Assembly (NCBI GenBank): GCA_963743305.1
Contig: CAVUPH010000033.1
Location: 1 to 64,000, forward strand
DNA: 64,000 bases
Origin: an uncultured delta proteobacterium
GTDB lineage: Bacteria; Desulfobacterota; RBG-13-43-22
Direction of reading: 5' to 3'
In this document: positions 30,983-42,547 of the stretch, in pieces
Layout: each line of letters starts with the position of its first letter
Numbering within the stretch: position 1 is the first letter of the stretch
The notes under the pieces: generated by a model
Databases searched by the model: none
What the model was told of the DNA's origin: nothing
What the model saw: the letters and a program-made list of their open reading frames with translations, nothing else
Made by a program: the position numbers and the translations under genes

Positions 30983-31303
30983 GACGCTTCGCCCTTTTGG
31001 GTGGGTACCCCCATAGCTGGTATGGCGGCGGGGTCTCGGCGAAAGGGTTATCCAAAAGTACTCCGGACTTCGAATCCGGGCCTAAATTACTAGCTATATT
31101 TAAAGCAGGCCCATACTCCGAGTCTATTGACGCCTCCCAGACCGGCCCTGCCTCCGGGAAGATTTGATAACACGGGGGCCGGGTTAGAACCTAAAAAGCA
31201 ATTTGGAAAACCCTTTCGCCGAGACCCCGCCGCCACGAAGGGCCGATTTCAGACTAAGCTGTTATATTATATTGTGGCCATCCACCCCCAAAGGCGAACA
31301 ATC
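30983..31303. mobile_element. Dispersed ~320-bp non-coding element, copy A (arm X - IR - core - IR - arm Y)
   Basis: 34-bp IRs at 31023-31056 and 31202-31235 (1 mismatch); homologous to 46071-46390, 51121-51432 and 42286-42517. Confidence 0.8.
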
Positions 31304-31345
31304 ATATAATATAATGCCCGAGGTTTTTTAGAAAGAAAAATTTAG

Positions 31346-31373
31346 TTGACAGATAATAAAAAACATTTAAAAT
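31346..31373 (+). promoter_or_regulatory. Putative sigma70 promoter of tRNA-Gly/rimP operon
   Basis: TTGACA-16nt-TAAAAT with an AT-rich upstream region. Confidence 0.55.
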
Positions 31374-31384
31374 AATAAGGTTAA

Positions 31385-31460
31385 GCGGGCATAGCTCAGC
31401 TGGTAGAGTACAAGCTTCCCAAGCTTGGTGTCGCGGGTTCGAATCCCGTTGCCCGCTCCA
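31385..31460 (+). tRNA. tRNA-Gly (CCC)
   Basis: GCGGGCA acceptor stem, TAGCTCAGCTGGTAGAG D-arm, caagc-tt-CCC-aa-gcttg anticodon arm, GGTTCGAATCC, encoded CCA. Confidence 0.97.
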
Positions 31461-31602
31461 ACGCTTAACGGAGCCAGGTAGTTCCCTTTTTGAGGTGGGC
31501 CTTTGGTCTGGTCGGATGAAAGGCCATAACTTCGAATAGCGGATTATTGATAGTTTCAGAAACATTAGTCCAAGAAAGTATCAATTTTATTTCTGCTGTG
31601 CG

Positions 31603-31628
31603 AAGTGGGCTCCGGCCCACTTTTTTTG
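31603..31628 (+). terminator. rimP leader hairpin / attenuator
   Basis: AAGTGGGC-tccg-GCCCAC followed by T8, 23 nt before rimP. Confidence 0.75.
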
Positions 31629-31651
31629 TGTCCAGGGGGAGATAGAGGAAA

Positions 31652-32122
31652 ATGGGCCAGTTGCCGGAAGAGGCCTTCACTAAAATCAAAACGCTGGCCG
31701 AATCCCTCCTCCAGGAAGAAAAAATGGAATTGGCGGATATGGAATTGCTCAGGGAGGGCCGGGGATGGGTGCTTCGCCTGTTCATAGATAAAACCGGTGG
31801 GATCACCTTGGACGATTGCGCTTCCGTCAGTCGACAGCTCGGGGACCTGTTGGAGGTGGAAGACCTTATCCCCTTTCGCTATACCCTGGAGGTCTCTTCC
31901 CCGGGTTTGGACCGGCCCCTTAAAAAGGACCAGGACTTCTTGCGCCAGATCGGCAACCCGATCCAGGTCATAACCCGGAGTCCCTGGGAAGGACGGAGTT
32001 TCTTTAAGGGGAAAATGTTGGATTATCAGGTGTCCGGCACTCTTTCGCTGGCTGATGAGAAAAAAGTCTGGGAGATCCCGGTTTCCCTCATTGCTAAAGC
32101 CCGTTTGGTGTTTGAGGGCTGA
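31652..32122 (+). CDS. rimP: Ribosome maturation factor RimP
   Basis: LRLFIDK.GGITLDDC, YTLEVSSPGLDRPL. Confidence 0.96.
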   Translation: MGQLPEEAFTKIKTLAESLLQEEKMELADMELLREGRGWVLRLFIDKTGGITLDDCASVSRQLGDLLEVEDLIPFRYTLEVSSPGLDRPLKKDQDFLRQIGNPIQVITRSPWEGRSFFKGKMLDYQVSGTLSLADEKKVWEIPVSLIAKARLVFEG

Positions 32123-32141
32123 TTTATAAGGAGAAAAAACT

Positions 32142-33575
32142 ATGGGCCTGATTCAACGAAAAGAAAAGGATTTGACCGGCGGGATTTCTCTGGATCTTAA
32201 ACGCGTCATTGACCAGGTCAGTCGTGATCGGGGCATAGATAAACAGATACTCATTTCCACCTTGGTCGAAGCGATTCGCCAGGCCGCCAAAAAAAAATTA
32301 GGGCTTAAACAGGAAATCGAAGTCACTTACAACGAAGAATTGGGCGAGGTCGAAGTCTTTGAATTTAAAGAGGTGGTGGAAAAAGTCAAAGACCCCCAGA
32401 CGCAGATTACCATGGAAGAGGGCCGCAATCTGGACCCGGAGTGCGAACTGGGAGACAGCTTGGGCATTAAGATGGAGACCAGTTCATTCGGACGGATTGC
32501 CGCCCAGTCGGCCAAACAGGTTATCATCCAGCGGATGAAAGACGCTGAACGGGATATTATTTTTGAAGATTTTAGAGACCGCCGGGGAGAAGTGATAAAC
32601 GGCATCATCCAGCGCTTCGACAAAGGAGCGGCGATTATCAACCTGGGGCGAACCGAAGCCATACTCCCGGTGACCGAACAAATTCCCACGGAGACTTATA
32701 AACAGGGGGATCGCTTAAGGGCCTATGTGCTGGAAATAAAAAAGATCAGTAAGGGTCCGCAAATCATCCTCTCCCGCACCCATCCCCAATTTGTGGCGGC
32801 TTTGTTTGAAATGGAAGTCCCGGAAGTATCGGAGAAGATCGTTCGGATTATCAATGTGGTCCGGGAACCGGGCGGCCGGACCAAGATTGCCGTGGCTTCG
32901 GATGATAGACAGGTGGATCCGGTGGGGGCCTGTGTGGGCATGAAAGGCAATCGGGTTCAAAACGTCGTTCAGGAATTGCGGGGTGAAAAGATCGATATTA
33001 TCCCCTGGAACCCGGACCAGGCCAAATATATCTGCAGTGCTTTGGCCCCGGCCGAAGTCGTCCGGGTGATCATCGACGAAATAAGCCGTTCCATGGAAGT
33101 GGTCGTGCCCGATGACCAATTGTCCCTGGCCATCGGCAAACGAGGGCAGAATGTTCGCCTGGCCTCCCGTTTAACCGGATGGAAAATCGATGTTAAAAGC
33201 GAATCCAAGTACGACAAGTCCATTAAGGATGGATACCAGTCCCTGCTGCAGATTGCCGGTGTGGGAGAAGTGACGGCCGATGTCCTTTACAAAAAAGGCT
33301 TCCAATCCGCTCAAGAGGTGGCCGAAGCCTCGATAGAGGAACTCATCGAGGTCCCCGGCTTGAGCCAGAAAAAAGCCGAAAAGCTTTTGGAGTCGGCCGC
33401 CTCCTACGTCCAGCTCGAGCGTCAAAAAGACGCCCTGGATAAACAAAATCAAGCCCTGGAAGAGGAACAACGGGTCGCTACCGAAGCGGCGGCTACCGAC
33501 TTGGCTCAAGAGCCGCTCGAAGTGCCCGAAGTGCCGGAAGAGCCGAAGGCCGATGAACCGGAGGAACAGCAATAA
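32142..33575 (+). CDS. nusA: Transcription factor NusA
   Basis: FGRIAAQSAKQVI, DPVGACVG, LSLAIGKRGQNVRLAS. Confidence 0.98.
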   Translation: MGLIQRKEKDLTGGISLDLKRVIDQVSRDRGIDKQILISTLVEAIRQAAKKKLGLKQEIEVTYNEELGEVEVFEFKEVVEKVKDPQTQITMEEGRNLDPECELGDSLGIKMETSSFGRIAAQSAKQVIIQRMKDAERDIIFEDFRDRRGEVINGIIQRFDKGAAIINLGRTEAILPVTEQIPTETYKQGDRLRAYVLEIKKISKGPQIILSRTHPQFVAALFEMEVPEVSEKIVRIINVVREPGGRTKIAVASDDRQVDPVGACVGMKGNRVQNVVQELRGEKIDIIPWNPDQAKYICSALAPAEVVRVIIDEISRSMEVVVPDDQLSLAIGKRGQNVRLASRLTGWKIDVKSESKYDKSIKDGYQSLLQIAGVGEVTADVLYKKGFQSAQEVAEASIEELIEVPGLSQKKAEKLLESAASYVQLERQKDALDKQNQALEEEQRVATEAAATDLAQEPLEVPEVPEEPKADEPEEQQ

Positions 33576-33869
33576 ATGGCGGCGGCTATTCGGGAAAGAA
33601 CCTGCCGGGCCTGTCGACAAAAAAGGGAAAAAAGCGCCTTCCTTCGTTTGGTGATCCATAAGGATTCTGTGCTGGAAGCGGATCCTGAACAGGTCCTGCC
33701 GGGCAGAGGCTGGTATCTTTGCCTCCAAAAAAATTGTTTATCGATTTTCGACAACCCCAAACAATGTCGCCGAGCCTTCGGTCCCTTTAGGCAGGTAGGT
33801 CCGATTCTCTGCGAATATATTAAGAATCCGCTGGTAGGGGGTACCCATGACCAAAATGCGCGTATATGA
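33576..33869 (+). CDS. ylxR: YlxR/DUF448 (RnpM) protein
   Basis: RTCRACR...LRLV...GRGWYLC between nusA and infB. Confidence 0.85.
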   Translation: MAAAIRERTCRACRQKREKSAFLRLVIHKDSVLEADPEQVLPGRGWYLCLQKNCLSIFDNPKQCRRAFGPFRQVGPILCEYIKNPLVGGTHDQNARI

Positions 33870-36408
33870 GTTAGCTAAAGAATTGGAGATGGAAAATAAG
33901 GTCCTGGTGGACGCCATACGGGAGATGAGTATCGAGGTTAAAAGCCATTCTTCATCGCTCTCCGACGAGGAAGTGGCGTTAATTAAGGGCCATCTTAGCG
34001 GGACCAAATCTTTGGTAGTGGAGGAACAACGGATCAAATCCACAGTCATTCGCCGCAGAAGGAAGGTCGTGGAGGTGGTACCGGAGCCGGAGGTAGAAAT
34101 TCCAGCTATCGAACCCCCTCCCCAGCCGGAGCTGGAAGCACCTCCGGCGCCAGAGCCACCCCCTCCCAGCAAACCGTCGCTGGAAACACCAGAGGAACGG
34201 GAAATGGCGGGTGCCCCATCCGCACCCCCGGAAAAACCACCCTTGAAAGAAGAGTTGGATCGACCGGCTAAACCGGCTCCGGAGGTTCTCCCTAAACCGG
34301 TCAGGCCACCCAAGCCACCTAAAATGACTCCGGCCAAAGTGATTCGGGCGGCTGAGCCGGTCGCCCCCCCAGTTCCAGCTCCAGCTCCGGCGCCGGCTAA
34401 GAGGATTGAAGAAAAGAAGGAGGAAGAGACTCCCAAAAAGGAAAAAGTTCCCATTAAAAAGGGCTTAAAAACCACTCGGGTGTCGCCGGAAACGGAAACG
34501 GCGAAGTCCAAGGTATTCAAAAAACGAAAAGAAATCCTGGAACGCGCGGCGCTCTACGATGATTCCGCCCGGGAAGGTCGTCCCGGAAAGGGGATGAGAA
34601 GCGGTAAATCGGCAGCCAAAAAGTATAAAAAAACCGAAATCACCACGCCGAAGGCCAGCAAACGCCGTCTCAAAATTTCCGAGGCTATCACGGTAGCCGA
34701 ATTGGCCAAGCGGTTGGGCGTGAAAAGCGGCGAGTTAATGAAAAAACTCATCGCCTTGGGTCTGATGGTGACCTTGAATCAAGCCATTGATTATGAGGCC
34801 GCCGCCTTGGTGGCCGCCGAATTCGGGTACGAAGCCGAAAAGGTTTCTTTTGAAGAGGAGCAAGCTGTCCGCTTACATACCGATCAACCGGAAGAACTAA
34901 AGCCACGACCTCCGGTGGTCACCATTATGGGTCATGTGGATCACGGGAAAACCTCTCTTTTGGACTTGATTCGAAAAACCAATATCACCCAGGGGGAAGT
35001 CGGCGGCATCACCCAGCATATCGGAGCGTATCACGTCAAGCTGGATCGAGGGGAGATCGTTTTTTTGGATACCCCGGGCCATGAGGCCTTTACCGCTATG
35101 CGGGCCCGGGGGGCCCAGATTACCGATATCGTGGTGTTAATCGTGGCGGCCGACGACGGGGTCATGCAGCAGACCAAAGAGGCCATCGATCATGCCCGCG
35201 CGGCGGGAGTGCCGATTATTGTAGCCATCAACAAGATCGATAAGCCCAACGCTAACACAGAACGGGTCAAAAGGCAGTTGGCCGAATACGGACTGGCGCC
35301 GGAAGACTGGGGAGGGGAAACAATTGTGGCCGAAGTCTCGGCCAAAAGCGGCCAGGGGGTGGACCATCTTCTGGAAATGATCCTGCTGCAGGCCGAAGTC
35401 TTGGAATTAAAAGCCAATCCCAAAAAACCGGCCCAGGGGCGAGTGGTGGAAGCCCGGTTGGATAAAGGGCGGGGGCCGGTGGCTACGGTCCTCATTCAGG
35501 GAGGGACCCTCAAGGCCGGAGATCCGTTTATCTGCGGCATTCATTTTGGGAAAGTACGGGCCCTCTACAACGATTGGGGGCAAAAAGTGGATCAAGCTCT
35601 CCCCTCCAGCCCGGTGGAGGTCCACGGTTTCAGTGGGGTGCCCAATGCCGGAGAGGAGTTTCAGGTCAGTGAAGACGAGCGGATGGCCAAGCAGGTCAGC
35701 CTGTACCGGGTGCAGAAAAAAAGGGAGGCCGAACTCTCCAAGACCAGTAAGCTCACCCTGGAAAAATTGTACGAACAAATACAAGAAGGCCAGGTCAAAG
35801 AGCTGACGCTGATTCTGAAGGCCGACGTCCAGGGATCCCTCGAAGCCATCAGTGAGGCCCTGAACAAATTAAGCACTGCGGCGGTAAAGGTCGTTACCCT
35901 TCACAGTTCCACCGGAGCCATCACCGAGACCGATATCATGCTGGCCTCGGCTTCCAAAGCCATCATCATCGGTTTCAACGTTCGCCCCAATCCCAAGGCC
36001 CAGGAATTGGCGGAACAGGAACAGGTGGACGTCCGTTTTTACGATATTATTTATAATTTGGTTTCGGAAGTGAAAGACGCTATGACCGGCATGCTGGACC
36101 CCATCCATAAAGTGGTGGTCAACGGTCACGCCGAAGTCCGTGAGTTGTTCCACGTTCCCAAGGTGGGCACCGTGGCCGGGTGCGGCGTCACGGATGGGAA
36201 GATCGACCGCAATGCCAAGGCCCGCCTCCTCCGGGACAACGTGGTGATCTTTGACGGTCGCCTTTCCTCCCTGCGGCGTTTCAAGGACGATGCCCGGGAA
36301 GTCTTGGCCGGTTTTGAATGCGGCCTCAGCCTGGAAGGGTATAACGATATTAAAGTCGGGGATACGATTGAGTCGTACTATCTGGAGGAGGTCAAGGCCA
36401 CGCTGTAA
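33847..36408 (+). CDS. infB: Translation initiation factor IF-2
   Basis: [31 protein letters not shown]. Confidence 0.99.
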   Translation: MTKMRVYELAKELEMENKVLVDAIREMSIEVKSHSSSLSDEEVALIKGHLSGTKSLVVEEQRIKSTVIRRRRKVVEVVPEPEVEIPAIEPPPQPELEAPPAPEPPPPSKPSLETPEEREMAGAPSAPPEKPPLKEELDRPAKPAPEVLPKPVRPPKPPKMTPAKVIRAAEPVAPPVPAPAPAPAKRIEEKKEEETPKKEKVPIKKGLKTTRVSPETETAKSKVFKKRKEILERAALYDDSAREGRPGKGMRSGKSAAKKYKKTEITTPKASKRRLKISEAITVAELAKRLGVKSGELMKKLIALGLMVTLNQAIDYEAAALVAAEFGYEAEKVSFEEEQAVRLHTDQPEELKPRPPVVTIMGHVDHGKTSLLDLIRKTNITQGEVGGITQHIGAYHVKLDRGEIVFLDTPGHEAFTAMRARGAQITDIVVLIVAADDGVMQQTKEAIDHARAAGVPIIVAINKIDKPNANTERVKRQLAEYGLAPEDWGGETIVAEVSAKSGQGVDHLLEMILLQAEVLELKANPKKPAQGRVVEARLDKGRGPVATVLIQGGTLKAGDPFICGIHFGKVRALYNDWGQKVDQALPSSPVEVHGFSGVPNAGEEFQVSEDERMAKQVSLYRVQKKREAELSKTSKLTLEKLYEQIQEGQVKELTLILKADVQGSLEAISEALNKLSTAAVKVVTLHSSTGAITETDIMLASASKAIIIGFNVRPNPKAQELAEQEQVDVRFYDIIYNLVSEVKDAMTGMLDPIHKVVVNGHAEVRELFHVPKVGTVAGCGVTDGKIDRNAKARLLRDNVVIFDGRLSSLRRFKDDAREVLAGFECGLSLEGYNDIKVGDTIESYYLEEVKATL

Positions 36409-36471
36409 GGGCCCTTTTTTGGATTCAAGGGTCTAAGAACCCGAACGTTGCTTTTCAGAGACTGGAAAACG

Positions 36472-36759
36472 ATGGTTATTGGCGTCCTGGAAATAGTCCT
36501 TTGGCTGCCTGAGTCCCATTCCCTGAAGGCCAAGCGTCAGGTTATCAAGAGTCTCAAGGATAAAGTGAGAAACCGGTTTAATGTCTCCATCGCCGAAGTG
36601 GGCGATCAGGAGTTGTGGCAAAAAGCCCATTTGGGAATCTGCAGTCTCAGTAACAATCGCCGGGAGGTCAATGCCCGTTTAGACCAGGTAGTCAATTTCG
36701 TAGAGCGGCTGCAGGTGGCTGTGGACCTGGAGTTTCGCCTGGAAATGATCGATTATTAA
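36472..36759 (+). CDS. DUF503 (YlxP) protein
   Basis: SHSLKAKRQVIKSL...FNVSIAEV..QELWQ. Confidence 0.9.
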   Translation: MVIGVLEIVLWLPESHSLKAKRQVIKSLKDKVRNRFNVSIAEVGDQELWQKAHLGICSLSNNRREVNARLDQVVNFVERLQVAVDLEFRLEMIDY

Positions 36760-36783
36760 ATTAGGACGGACTTGCCAATTAGG

Positions 36784-37155
36784 ATGATAAAAACCAACGT
36801 CGGCAGACCCAAACGAACCGGACAGGTTGGAGGGCTGATCCAGAAAGAAATTTCCGATCTGCTCCTGCGCAAAGTCAAAGACCCTCGCCTGGAGATGGTG
36901 ACTATTACCGGCGTGGAGGTCTCTCCGGACCTGAAGCTGGCCCGAGTTTTTTTCAGCCGCCTGGGAAATCCCGAGGAAATCCAGAATACCTGGCAAGGAT
37001 TGAAAAAGGCCTCGGGTTTCATTAAACGGGAATTGGGCGCTCGATTGCACTTACGGCATGTGCCGGAGGTGGAATTTTTTCACGATACTTCTTTTGAATA
37101 CGGCGACCGGATCGAAGGACTGTTGCGGGGCCTTAAAAAAGATCAGGAAGAATAG
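36784..37155 (+). CDS. rbfA: Ribosome-binding factor A
   Basis: VKDPRL..VTIT.VEVSPDLKLARV, LRHVPEVEF. Confidence 0.95.
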   Translation: MIKTNVGRPKRTGQVGGLIQKEISDLLLRKVKDPRLEMVTITGVEVSPDLKLARVFFSRLGNPEEIQNTWQGLKKASGFIKRELGARLHLRHVPEVEFFHDTSFEYGDRIEGLLRGLKKDQEE

Positions 37156-37164
37156 CCCTAGACC

Positions 37165-38118
37165 ATGCTGAAAAAAGAACCCCCAGCGGATCTCCATTCT
37201 CCTAGACCCTCCCCCTGGGAAGGTGTTTGGGTAATAGACAAACCGCCGGGACGCACTTCCCATCAGGTTTTGCAGAAATTCCGGGCACTTTCCCGGCACC
37301 GCAAAATGGGGCATATCGGCACCCTGGACCCTTTAGCCACCGGGGTATTGCCAGTCTGCGTGGGGTGGGCTACCAAGCTGATCCCCTTTATTTCCGTATC
37401 CCCCAAGGTTTACCGGGCCCAGATGGTCCTGGGCCGGTCTACGGACACGCAGGACGTTTCGGGGCAGGTCCTCCAAGTGTCCCTTGAACCGCTCCCCCGG
37501 CCCGAGGCTATTGTGAAAGCCTGCCAATCCTTTGTCGGGACCCAACGGCAGATCCCCCCGGTATATTCGGCCCTTAAATTTCAAGGCCAACCCCTTTACC
37601 GCTGGGCCCGGAAAGGAAAACCGATAGTCAAACCATCCCGGGAGATTACCGTTGAATCGATCCGGATTTTGGAAATCGAGGGGGGGGTAGTTGATTTCGA
37701 AGTGACCTGTTCCTCGGGCACCTATATTCGAACCCTGTGCGCGGATATAGGCACACTGCTCGGTTGCGGGGCTTATTTAAATACGCTGCAGCGAACCCGA
37801 AGCGGACCCTTTACCCTGGAACAAGCCGTCCCCTGGAAAATTCTGGAGCAAGCGGCCTTTCAAGGGGGGCAGGAAGCCTGGAGGCTGCCCTTGGATTTTA
37901 TCCTGGGGCAATACCCCCAAGTTAAGGTTGAGGAAGCCTGGAAACAAAAAATAAGGCAGGGTTGTTGGATCGAACCCGAGGAGGCCCTTTCCGAGTGGCC
38001 GGCAGTTCAACCCGGTGAACCCGTTTGTGTGATCAGTCCGGAAAACCATTTACTGGCGATTTATCACCTCCCCGGGGATTTGAAAAGAGAACTCAAACCC
38101 CTGCGGGTTTTGATTTAA
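37165..38118 (+). CDS. truB: tRNA pseudouridine(55) synthase
   Basis: DKPPGRTSH, GHIGTLDPLATGVL, PPVYSALK, SGTYIRTL. Confidence 0.96.
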   Translation: MLKKEPPADLHSPRPSPWEGVWVIDKPPGRTSHQVLQKFRALSRHRKMGHIGTLDPLATGVLPVCVGWATKLIPFISVSPKVYRAQMVLGRSTDTQDVSGQVLQVSLEPLPRPEAIVKACQSFVGTQRQIPPVYSALKFQGQPLYRWARKGKPIVKPSREITVESIRILEIEGGVVDFEVTCSSGTYIRTLCADIGTLLGCGAYLNTLQRTRSGPFTLEQAVPWKILEQAAFQGGQEAWRLPLDFILGQYPQVKVEEAWKQKIRQGCWIEPEEALSEWPAVQPGEPVCVISPENHLLAIYHLPGDLKRELKPLRVLI

Positions 38119-38147
38119 TTTATTAACTTAAACGAAGGAGGTCTAAA

Positions 38148-38417
38148 GTGGGATTAACCTTAGATCAGAAGAAAGAAGTTTTAGGTAAGTTTAGTGTCCA
38201 TCCAACCGACACGGGATCCCCTGAAGTCCAGATTGCCCTGTTGAGCGAGCGAATTAAATACCTGACGGAACATTTCAAGACCCATGCCAAGGACCATCAT
38301 TCCCGACGGGGACTGCTGAAGTTGGTCGGTCAGCGAAAGCGATTACTGGGTTACCTCAAGAAAAAGGATGCTCAGCGGTATCGTAACCTTATTCAGGAAC
38401 TGGGGATTCGTAAATAA
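38148..38417 (+). CDS. rpsO: 30S ribosomal protein S15
   Basis: [26 protein letters not shown]. Confidence 0.99.
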   Translation: MGLTLDQKKEVLGKFSVHPTDTGSPEVQIALLSERIKYLTEHFKTHAKDHHSRRGLLKLVGQRKRLLGYLKKKDAQRYRNLIQELGIRK

Positions 38418-38453
38418 ATCCCCTGGGTTCCCAATTAAAAGGAGTATGTTTGA

Positions 38454-40550
38454 ATGCCTCATCAATTAACGACTGAAGTCAATGGCAAAACTTTAAGTAT
38501 AGAAACCGGTCGCGTGGCCAAGCAGGCCACCGGAGCGGTATGGGTCCAATACGGCGAAACGATCGTCCTGGTCACCGTGGTCTCCACCCAGGACGTCCGG
38601 GAGGGGATCGATTTTCTTCCTCTCACCGTGGATTACAAGGAGATGGCCTATGCGGCCGGACGGATTCCGGGAAGCTTTTTCCGAAGAGAAATCGGCCGTC
38701 CCGGTGAAAAAGAAACCCTCACCTCCCGTTTGATCGACCGTCCTTTGAGACCCCTGTTTCCCAAGGATTATTTTTATGAAACCCAGGTGATTGCCACGGT
38801 CCTTTCGGTGGATCAGGAAAACGATCCCGATATTTTGGCAATCATCGGGGCTTCCGCGGCTCTGGAGATTTCGGATATTCCCTTTCAGGGGCCGATTGCC
38901 GGGATTCGCGTCGGCCGCATCGAGGGGGAGTTGGTGCTCAATCCTACCAGTTCTCAACTGAAGGACAGTGATTTTAATATCATCGTGGCCGGCACCCAGG
39001 AGGCGGTGGTCATGGTGGAAGGCTGGGCGCGGATGACCAGCGAAGAGGACTTGGTCCGGGCTATTTTTTACGGCCATCAGGGGATGCAAGGCATCCTGGA
39101 AATGCAAAAAAAACTAGCTCAACTAGTCGGCCCCAAGAAAAGAACCTGGACGGGCACACCGGTCAATGAAGAATTGACGGCCCGGATGACCGCTGCCGCG
39201 GCACCCGCAGTGGCCGAGGCCTTGACCCTGTCCGGGAAAATGGAACGCCACGAGCGGATGCGGGAAATCCTGCTTGACCTCCAACAACAATTTGGCGAAG
39301 ATCCGACCCACCGTCCTCTCATCAGGAAGATATTTGAAAACCTGGAACGGGACACGGTTCGACGGATGATCGTCAAGGAGAAAAAAAGAATTGACGGTCG
39401 AAAATTTAACGAGGTCCGCCCCATTTCTTGTGAGGTCGGGGTTCTTCCCCGGACCCATGGATCGGCCCTGTTTACCCGGGGGGAAACGCAGGTCCTGGCC
39501 GTGGCCACCCTGGGGACTTCCTCCGATGAGCAGCGGATAGATTCCTTGATCGGAGAGACCTTCAAGTCCTTCATGCTTCATTACAATTTTCCACCCTTTT
39601 CCGTGGGCGAGGCCCGAATGCTCCGGGGACCGGGACGAAGGGAAATCGGGCATGGGGCCCTGGCGGAACGCTCCCTGCTTCAGGTGCTGCCCAGCAATGA
39701 CACCTTTCCTTACACGATCCGGATCGTTTCCGAGGTGCTGGAATCGAACGGTTCTTCCTCCATGGCCACGGTCTGTGGCGGCAGCCTGTCCCTGATGGAC
39801 GCCGGGGTGCCCATCACGGCCCAGGTAGCCGGTATCGCCATGGGCTTGATTATGGAAGAGGAGGAGGTAATCATTCTAACGGATATTCTGGGGGATGAAG
39901 ACCATTCGGGCGATATGGATTTTAAAGTAACCGGCACCGTGGAGGGCGTCACCGGTTTACAAATGGATATTAAAGTCCAAGGGGTCAACCAGGATATTAT
40001 GGGACGGGCGCTAGAACAGGCCCGGGAGGCCCGGCTGTCTATTCTGGCCCTGATGGAAAAGACCATCGCCCAACCACGAACCAGCTTGTCCGACTATGCG
40101 CCCAAAATAACCACCATTGATATCAATCCCGAAAAGATCCGGGAAGTGATCGGGCCGGGGGGAAAGGTTATCCGGGCCATTGTCAGTGAGACCGGGGCTA
40201 AAATCGAGGTGGAAGATTCAGGGAGAGTTATTATCGCCTCTCCGGACGGGAAAAGTTCGGAGAGGGCCATTGCCATGATCATGGAAATCGTCCAGGAAGT
40301 GGAAATCGGGCGTTTGTATATGGGAAAGGTGAAAAAAATAATGGACTTCGGGGCCTTCGTCGAAGTCCTGCCCGGGACTGAGGGGCTGATTCACATCTCT
40401 CAACTGGATAACCATCGGGTCAACAAGGTGACCGATGTCCTTCAGGAAGGGGACGAAGTGCTGGTCAAGGTGCTGGAGATGGATAAGCAGGGAAAAATCC
40501 GATTAAGCCGGAAGGCCGCTTTGGGGCAATCCCTGCCGGAGAAATCCTAA
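38454..40550 (+). CDS. pnp: Polyribonucleotide nucleotidyltransferase
   Basis: [34 protein letters not shown] and S1 domains. Confidence 0.99.
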   Translation: MPHQLTTEVNGKTLSIETGRVAKQATGAVWVQYGETIVLVTVVSTQDVREGIDFLPLTVDYKEMAYAAGRIPGSFFRREIGRPGEKETLTSRLIDRPLRPLFPKDYFYETQVIATVLSVDQENDPDILAIIGASAALEISDIPFQGPIAGIRVGRIEGELVLNPTSSQLKDSDFNIIVAGTQEAVVMVEGWARMTSEEDLVRAIFYGHQGMQGILEMQKKLAQLVGPKKRTWTGTPVNEELTARMTAAAAPAVAEALTLSGKMERHERMREILLDLQQQFGEDPTHRPLIRKIFENLERDTVRRMIVKEKKRIDGRKFNEVRPISCEVGVLPRTHGSALFTRGETQVLAVATLGTSSDEQRIDSLIGETFKSFMLHYNFPPFSVGEARMLRGPGRREIGHGALAERSLLQVLPSNDTFPYTIRIVSEVLESNGSSSMATVCGGSLSLMDAGVPITAQVAGIAMGLIMEEEEVIILTDILGDEDHSGDMDFKVTGTVEGVTGLQMDIKVQGVNQDIMGRALEQAREARLSILALMEKTIAQPRTSLSDYAPKITTIDINPEKIREVIGPGGKVIRAIVSETGAKIEVEDSGRVIIASPDGKSSERAIAMIMEIVQEVEIGRLYMGKVKKIMDFGAFVEVLPGTEGLIHISQLDNHRVNKVTDVLQEGDEVLVKVLEMDKQGKIRLSRKAALGQSLPEKS

Positions 40551-40554
40551 GTCC

Positions 40555-41814
40555 ATGGTTCAGAAGACGGTTTTGCCCAACGGGCTCAGGATTATTACCG
40601 AAAAACTCCCTCATCTCGTTTCCGTTTCCATGGGGATCTGGGTGGATAACGGGTCACGGGATGAATCCCCGGGGCTGAACGGGATTTCCCACTTTATCGA
40701 ACATATGATCTTTAAGGGGACCCGGAACCGCAGCGCACAACAGATTGCCAAGGAATTGGATGCTATCGGAGGACTTTCCAACGCCTTCACCTCCAAGGAA
40801 CATACCTGCTTTCATGCCAAGGTCTTAGGCCACCACCTGCCGCAAGTCAGCGAGCTCCTGCTGGATATCTTCCTGCAATCGGTCTTTGAGCCGGAAGAGG
40901 TGGAACGGGAGCGGATGGTGGTCCTCCAGGAAATCAGCATGGTGGAGGATACCCCGGACGAATTGGCTCATGTCCTTTACGGGGAAACGGTTTATGAGGG
41001 AAACCCCCTGGGCCGGAACATCCTGGGGACCCCGGAAACGGTGCAGGCCTTTACTCAGGAAAATCTTCTACACTATCTTCAGCGGGCTTATGGGCCGGAG
41101 AAAGTGGTGGTGTCTGCCGCGGGGCAGTTGGACCACGAGGACTTCGTGAAGTTGCTGGCTCCGGAGCTTCTGAAACTTCCGCCCGTGGGGAAAAACCCTG
41201 ACCGTCAGAAACCCCTGCTGGCCTCCAAGTTTCGGGTGGTTCCCCGCGATTTGGAGCAGGTCCATCTGGCCATGGGGACCTGGGCTCCGGCGGCGGCCGA
41301 TGAACAACGCTATGCCGCCACGTTGCTCAACGTGCTCATCGGGGGAAATATGAGCTCCCGCCTGTTCCAGGAAGTGCGGGAGAAACGGGGGTTGGCCTAC
41401 GCCATTTATTCCTACCTGTCCTCCTTCCAGGACACCGGCATTTGGGGCATCTATACCGCGGTGGCCAAAGAAACTTTGCCGGAGACTTTGGAAGTTATCG
41501 GCCGGGAGTTGATTAAAATAAGAAAGGGGGAGGTGACGTCGGGCGAATTGGCGATGGCCAAAGAGTTTGTCAAAGGCGGCATATTGCTGGGCGCGGAAAA
41601 CAATGACAATCGCATGACCCGCCTAGCCAAGAATGAGTTTGTCTTTGGCCGCCATTTGACCTTCGAAGAAATCATGGAGGGATTAGACGCTGTTGCTTTG
41701 AAAGACTTGGTCAACCTGGCCGAGGAAACCATCCGGGGAGATCTTTTTTCTCTGGTGGCCCTGGGTCCGGTGTCGGAGGGGGAAATTCCCTTTCCCTGGA
41801 TTTCCTGGTCGTGA
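40555..41814 (+). CDS. M16 (pitrilysin) family zinc peptidase
   Basis: HFIEH motif, [23 protein letters not shown]. Confidence 0.95.
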   Translation: MVQKTVLPNGLRIITEKLPHLVSVSMGIWVDNGSRDESPGLNGISHFIEHMIFKGTRNRSAQQIAKELDAIGGLSNAFTSKEHTCFHAKVLGHHLPQVSELLLDIFLQSVFEPEEVERERMVVLQEISMVEDTPDELAHVLYGETVYEGNPLGRNILGTPETVQAFTQENLLHYLQRAYGPEKVVVSAAGQLDHEDFVKLLAPELLKLPPVGKNPDRQKPLLASKFRVVPRDLEQVHLAMGTWAPAAADEQRYAATLLNVLIGGNMSSRLFQEVREKRGLAYAIYSYLSSFQDTGIWGIYTAVAKETLPETLEVIGRELIKIRKGEVTSGELAMAKEFVKGGILLGAENNDNRMTRLAKNEFVFGRHLTFEEIMEGLDAVALKDLVNLAEETIRGDLFSLVALGPVSEGEIPFPWISWS

Positions 41815-42266
41815 GAGAATTGACTGTTCAGGTGATGCGGGTTTTCCCGGACCGGGACCTGGATTTGCCGCTCCCGGCCTACCTGAGTTCAGGGGCGGCG
41901 GGGATGGACTTGGCCGCTGCTCTGGAGGACGAGCTGGCCCTGGCTCCCGGGGAGATCCGGTTGATTCCCACCGGCCTGGCTCTGGCCATCCCCGAGGGGT
42001 TCGAGGGACAAATCCGGCCCCGGAGCGGATTGGCCTTGAAACACGGGATCACCCTGATCAACAGCCCGGGGACGATCGACTCCGATTATCGCGGAGAAAT
42101 CGGACTGCCGGTGATCAACTTGGGGACCCGTCCCTTTACTATCCGCCGGGGGGAGCGTCTGGCGCAATTGGTCGTTCAACGGGTTTACCGGGCCAATCTT
42201 CAGGAAACCGATCACTTGGAGACGACCGAAAGGGGTCAGGGGGGGTTCGGGCATAGCGGGACCTGA
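41811..42266 (+). CDS. dut: dUTPase
   Basis: [32 protein letters not shown]. Confidence 0.97.
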   Translation: MRELTVQVMRVFPDRDLDLPLPAYLSSGAAGMDLAAALEDELALAPGEIRLIPTGLALAIPEGFEGQIRPRSGLALKHGITLINSPGTIDSDYRGEIGLPVINLGTRPFTIRRGERLAQLVVQRVYRANLQETDHLETTERGQGGFGHSGT

Positions 42267-42285
42267 TCGGACTTCTCTTCCCCGA

Positions 42286-42517
42286 CCCTTTTGGGGTGGG
42301 TAGTCACAATTTGGCCAATTATCAATAACCAATAATCAATTCTTAATTAATAATTGACAATTGATTAATAACGATTCGTTTTTTTGAAGGGCCTTATTCT
42401 CATGCTTCGGAGTGCCCCTGAACAGGGAGGGTTAATCTGAAATCGGAGCTTTGTGGCCGCCGTGACCCGGCGGCCATAGCGGATATCGATGGTACCCACC
42501 CCCAAGGGCGAAGCGTC
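42286..42517. mobile_element. Dispersed element copy D (core deleted; AT-rich insert in arm Y)
   Basis: Y' arm (ggggtgggtagtcacaa...tctgaaatcgg) then tggccgccg-t-gacccggcggcca, then X' arm ending gggcgaagcgtc. Confidence 0.7.
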
Positions 42518-42547
42518 TCAAAATATTTTTTGTTACGGGTTTAGGCG

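Noticed and set aside
31385-31460. tRNA-Gly as the attachment site of an integrated island
   Set aside because: I saw no duplicated tRNA 3' end and no adjacent integrase; the downstream genes are the core rimP operon.
34070-34450. Pro/Glu-rich low-complexity repeats
   Set aside because: Normal variable N-terminal region of IF-2.
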